Notes under the pieces: generated by a model
Told to the model about the DNA's origin: nothing
Databases searched by the model: none
The model's input: only the letters and a program-made list of their open reading frames with translations
Assembly (NCBI GenBank): GCA_963719505.1
Contig: CAVRCF010000005.1
Span: 1-64,000, forward strand
Direction of reading: 5' to 3'
DNA length: 64,000 nt
Source of the DNA: Halobacteriovoraceae bacterium
GTDB taxonomy: Bacteria; Bdellovibrionota; Bacteriovoracia; Bacteriovoracales; Bacteriovoracaceae
Shown here: one piece after another, positions 62,837 to 64,000 of the stretch
How the letters are laid out: each line of letters begins with the position of its first letter
How positions within the stretch are numbered: the first letter of the stretch is position 1
Program-made: the position numbers and the translations under genes

Positions 62837-62863
62837 TTATCGGCATATATCGCAAATACTTGA
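62837..62863 (-). promoter_or_regulatory. Sigma-28 promoter, probably leaderless
   Basis: TCAA-N15-GCCGATAA, then 6 nt to ATG 62830, no RBS. Confidence 0.7.
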
Positions 62864-62879
62864 GTAGAAAAATCAGTGA

Positions 62880-62906
62880 TAAAATGCCTGATTTTTCTGC
62901 CGACTC
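62880..62906 (+). promoter_or_regulatory. Weaker sigma-28-like promoter upstream of the metallophosphoesterase
   Basis: TAAA-N15-GCCGACTC. Confidence 0.3.
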
Positions 62907-62977
62907 CTTTAAAATGTGTAATTTTAGTGAAAAAATGTACAATAATCCCATAGAAATATATTAAAAAGGTGTCACGG

Positions 62978-64000
62978 ATGAAGACAAAAATTAAATTTCT
63001 CTCTCTTATATTGCTCATGTTTATGATGGGTTCTTGTTTGAAGCTTCCCAAAGAGAGTGCGCCGGATAAAATGAGAGTCATGTTCACAGATGATCCCGCT
63101 ACCACAGTTACCATCGCTTGGAATAGGTACGAATCGGATCAAAATGAGGATAGAGTTTATTTTGATACCGAAGATCATGGTGACGATATTGATTCTTACC
63201 GTTTCTCAAAATCTCCAGATCACTACACAGACTTTATTGGATTTAAATCGGCTTTTGTTATGTTGGAAGATTTGACTCCCAACACGAGATATTATTTTTT
63301 AATCGTGAGCAATTATGGTCAAACCCAAAGATATTATGTTGATACACTTCCAGATTCTAGAGATGAGAGAATCTCCGTTATCTCTGGTGGTGACTCTAGA
63401 AATAATAGAGTTCCAAGACAGGCCGCAAATTCACTCGTGGCCAAGTTAAAACCCCATTTTGTTTTCTTTGGAGGTGATATGACTTCTTTAGGAACCACAA
63501 AACAATGGGCACAGTGGTTTGATGACTGGCAACTCACTATTGGTCCTGATGGAAGAGTAACACCTATTGTTCCTGCTCGAGGAAATCATGAGTATGGAAA
63601 TACAGTTTTATCTGAACTTTTTGGAATCTCAAAATCAAACTACTATTCTTTAAAAATTGCGGACGGTCTTATTCAAGCTTATACATTGAATTCAGAAGTC
63701 TCAACTGGCGGTACTCAATTTGAGTGGCTAGAAAACGAGATGAATAATAACACCGATGCTCACTGGAAAATCGTGCAGTATCACAAACCGATGAGACCAC
63801 ATGTTAAAAGTAAAAAAGAGGGTAGCTCTCAATACAATGACTGGGTTGAAACATTTTACGAGCATAGAGTCGATTTAATATTTGAATCAGATGCTCACAC
63901 GGTAAAAAGCACATGGCCTATTAGACCAAGTTATGAAGATGGCTCGTTTGAAGGCTTTATAAGAGATGACCAAAACGGAATGGTCTTCGTTGGTGAAGGC
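62978..64000 (+). CDS. Purple-acid-phosphatase-family metallophosphoesterase lipoprotein (runs off the window; absent from the ORF track)
   Basis: Own translation: MKTKIKFLSLILLMFMMGS-C, FN3-like LTPNTRYYF, GGDSR, GGDM, RGNHE, YHKP, ESDAH. Confidence 0.88.
   Translation, partial: MKTKIKFLSLILLMFMMGSCLKLPKESAPDKMRVMFTDDPATTVTIAWNRYESDQNEDRVYFDTEDHGDDIDSYRFSKSPDHYTDFIGFKSAFVMLEDLTPNTRYYFLIVSNYGQTQRYYVDTLPDSRDERISVISGGDSRNNRVPRQAANSLVAKLKPHFVFFGGDMTSLGTTKQWAQWFDDWQLTIGPDGRVTPIVPARGNHEYGNTVLSELFGISKSNYYSLKIADGLIQAYTLNSEVSTGGTQFEWLENEMNNNTDAHWKIVQYHKPMRPHVKSKKEGSSQYNDWVETFYEHRVDLIFESDAHTVKSTWPIRPSYEDGSFEGFIRDDQNGMVFVGEG

Noticed and set aside
1..64000. CRISPR arrays, tRNA/rRNA, IS elements, prophage or defence genes; other short overlapping ORFs in the track
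   Set aside because: No repeat-spacer pattern, cloverleaf, transposase or integrase motif seen by eye; short ORFs overlap well-supported genes

Overview
AT-rich bacterial chromosome segment with mostly core genes. Gene content (mevalonate operon, AcnB, RpoH-type sigma factor, PrkA-YeaH-SpoVR, many lineage-specific secreted proteins and lipoproteins) suggests a predatory Bdellovibrionota, probably Bacteriovoracaceae/Halobacteriovorax-like; this is inference, no search was run. Order: two tandem alkaline-ceramidase-like genes; accD-folC-lptD-GATase-surE-M23; RNA methyltransferases; fni-mvaA-GYDIA kinase-mvaD-mevalonate kinase; PilZ protein; crotonase; trxB; two paralogous outer-membrane barrel proteins; PP2C-M23-secA-acidic protein-glpD; prkA-yeaH-spoVR; class IV aminotransferase; rpoH-rpsO-pnp-M16-dut; POT transporter; Cys-rich lipoprotein; C45 hydrolase; App1 phosphatase; acnB; a kexin-like S8 protease with a probable external chaperone; a transglutaminase-like/barrel protein; and a truncated metallophosphoesterase. 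I saw no tRNA, rRNA, CRISPR array or mobile element. The main signals beyond the ORF track are: (1) recurring sigma-28-like promoters in front of uncharacterised envelope genes, some apparently leaderless; (2) CsrA/RsmA-type GGA hairpins over ribosome-binding sites; (3) a long hairpin in the pnp leader; (4) many single-base insertions in prkA/yeaH/spoVR/pnp that mostly spell two alternative codons at once, which points to a merged-strain consensus artefact rather than gene decay.
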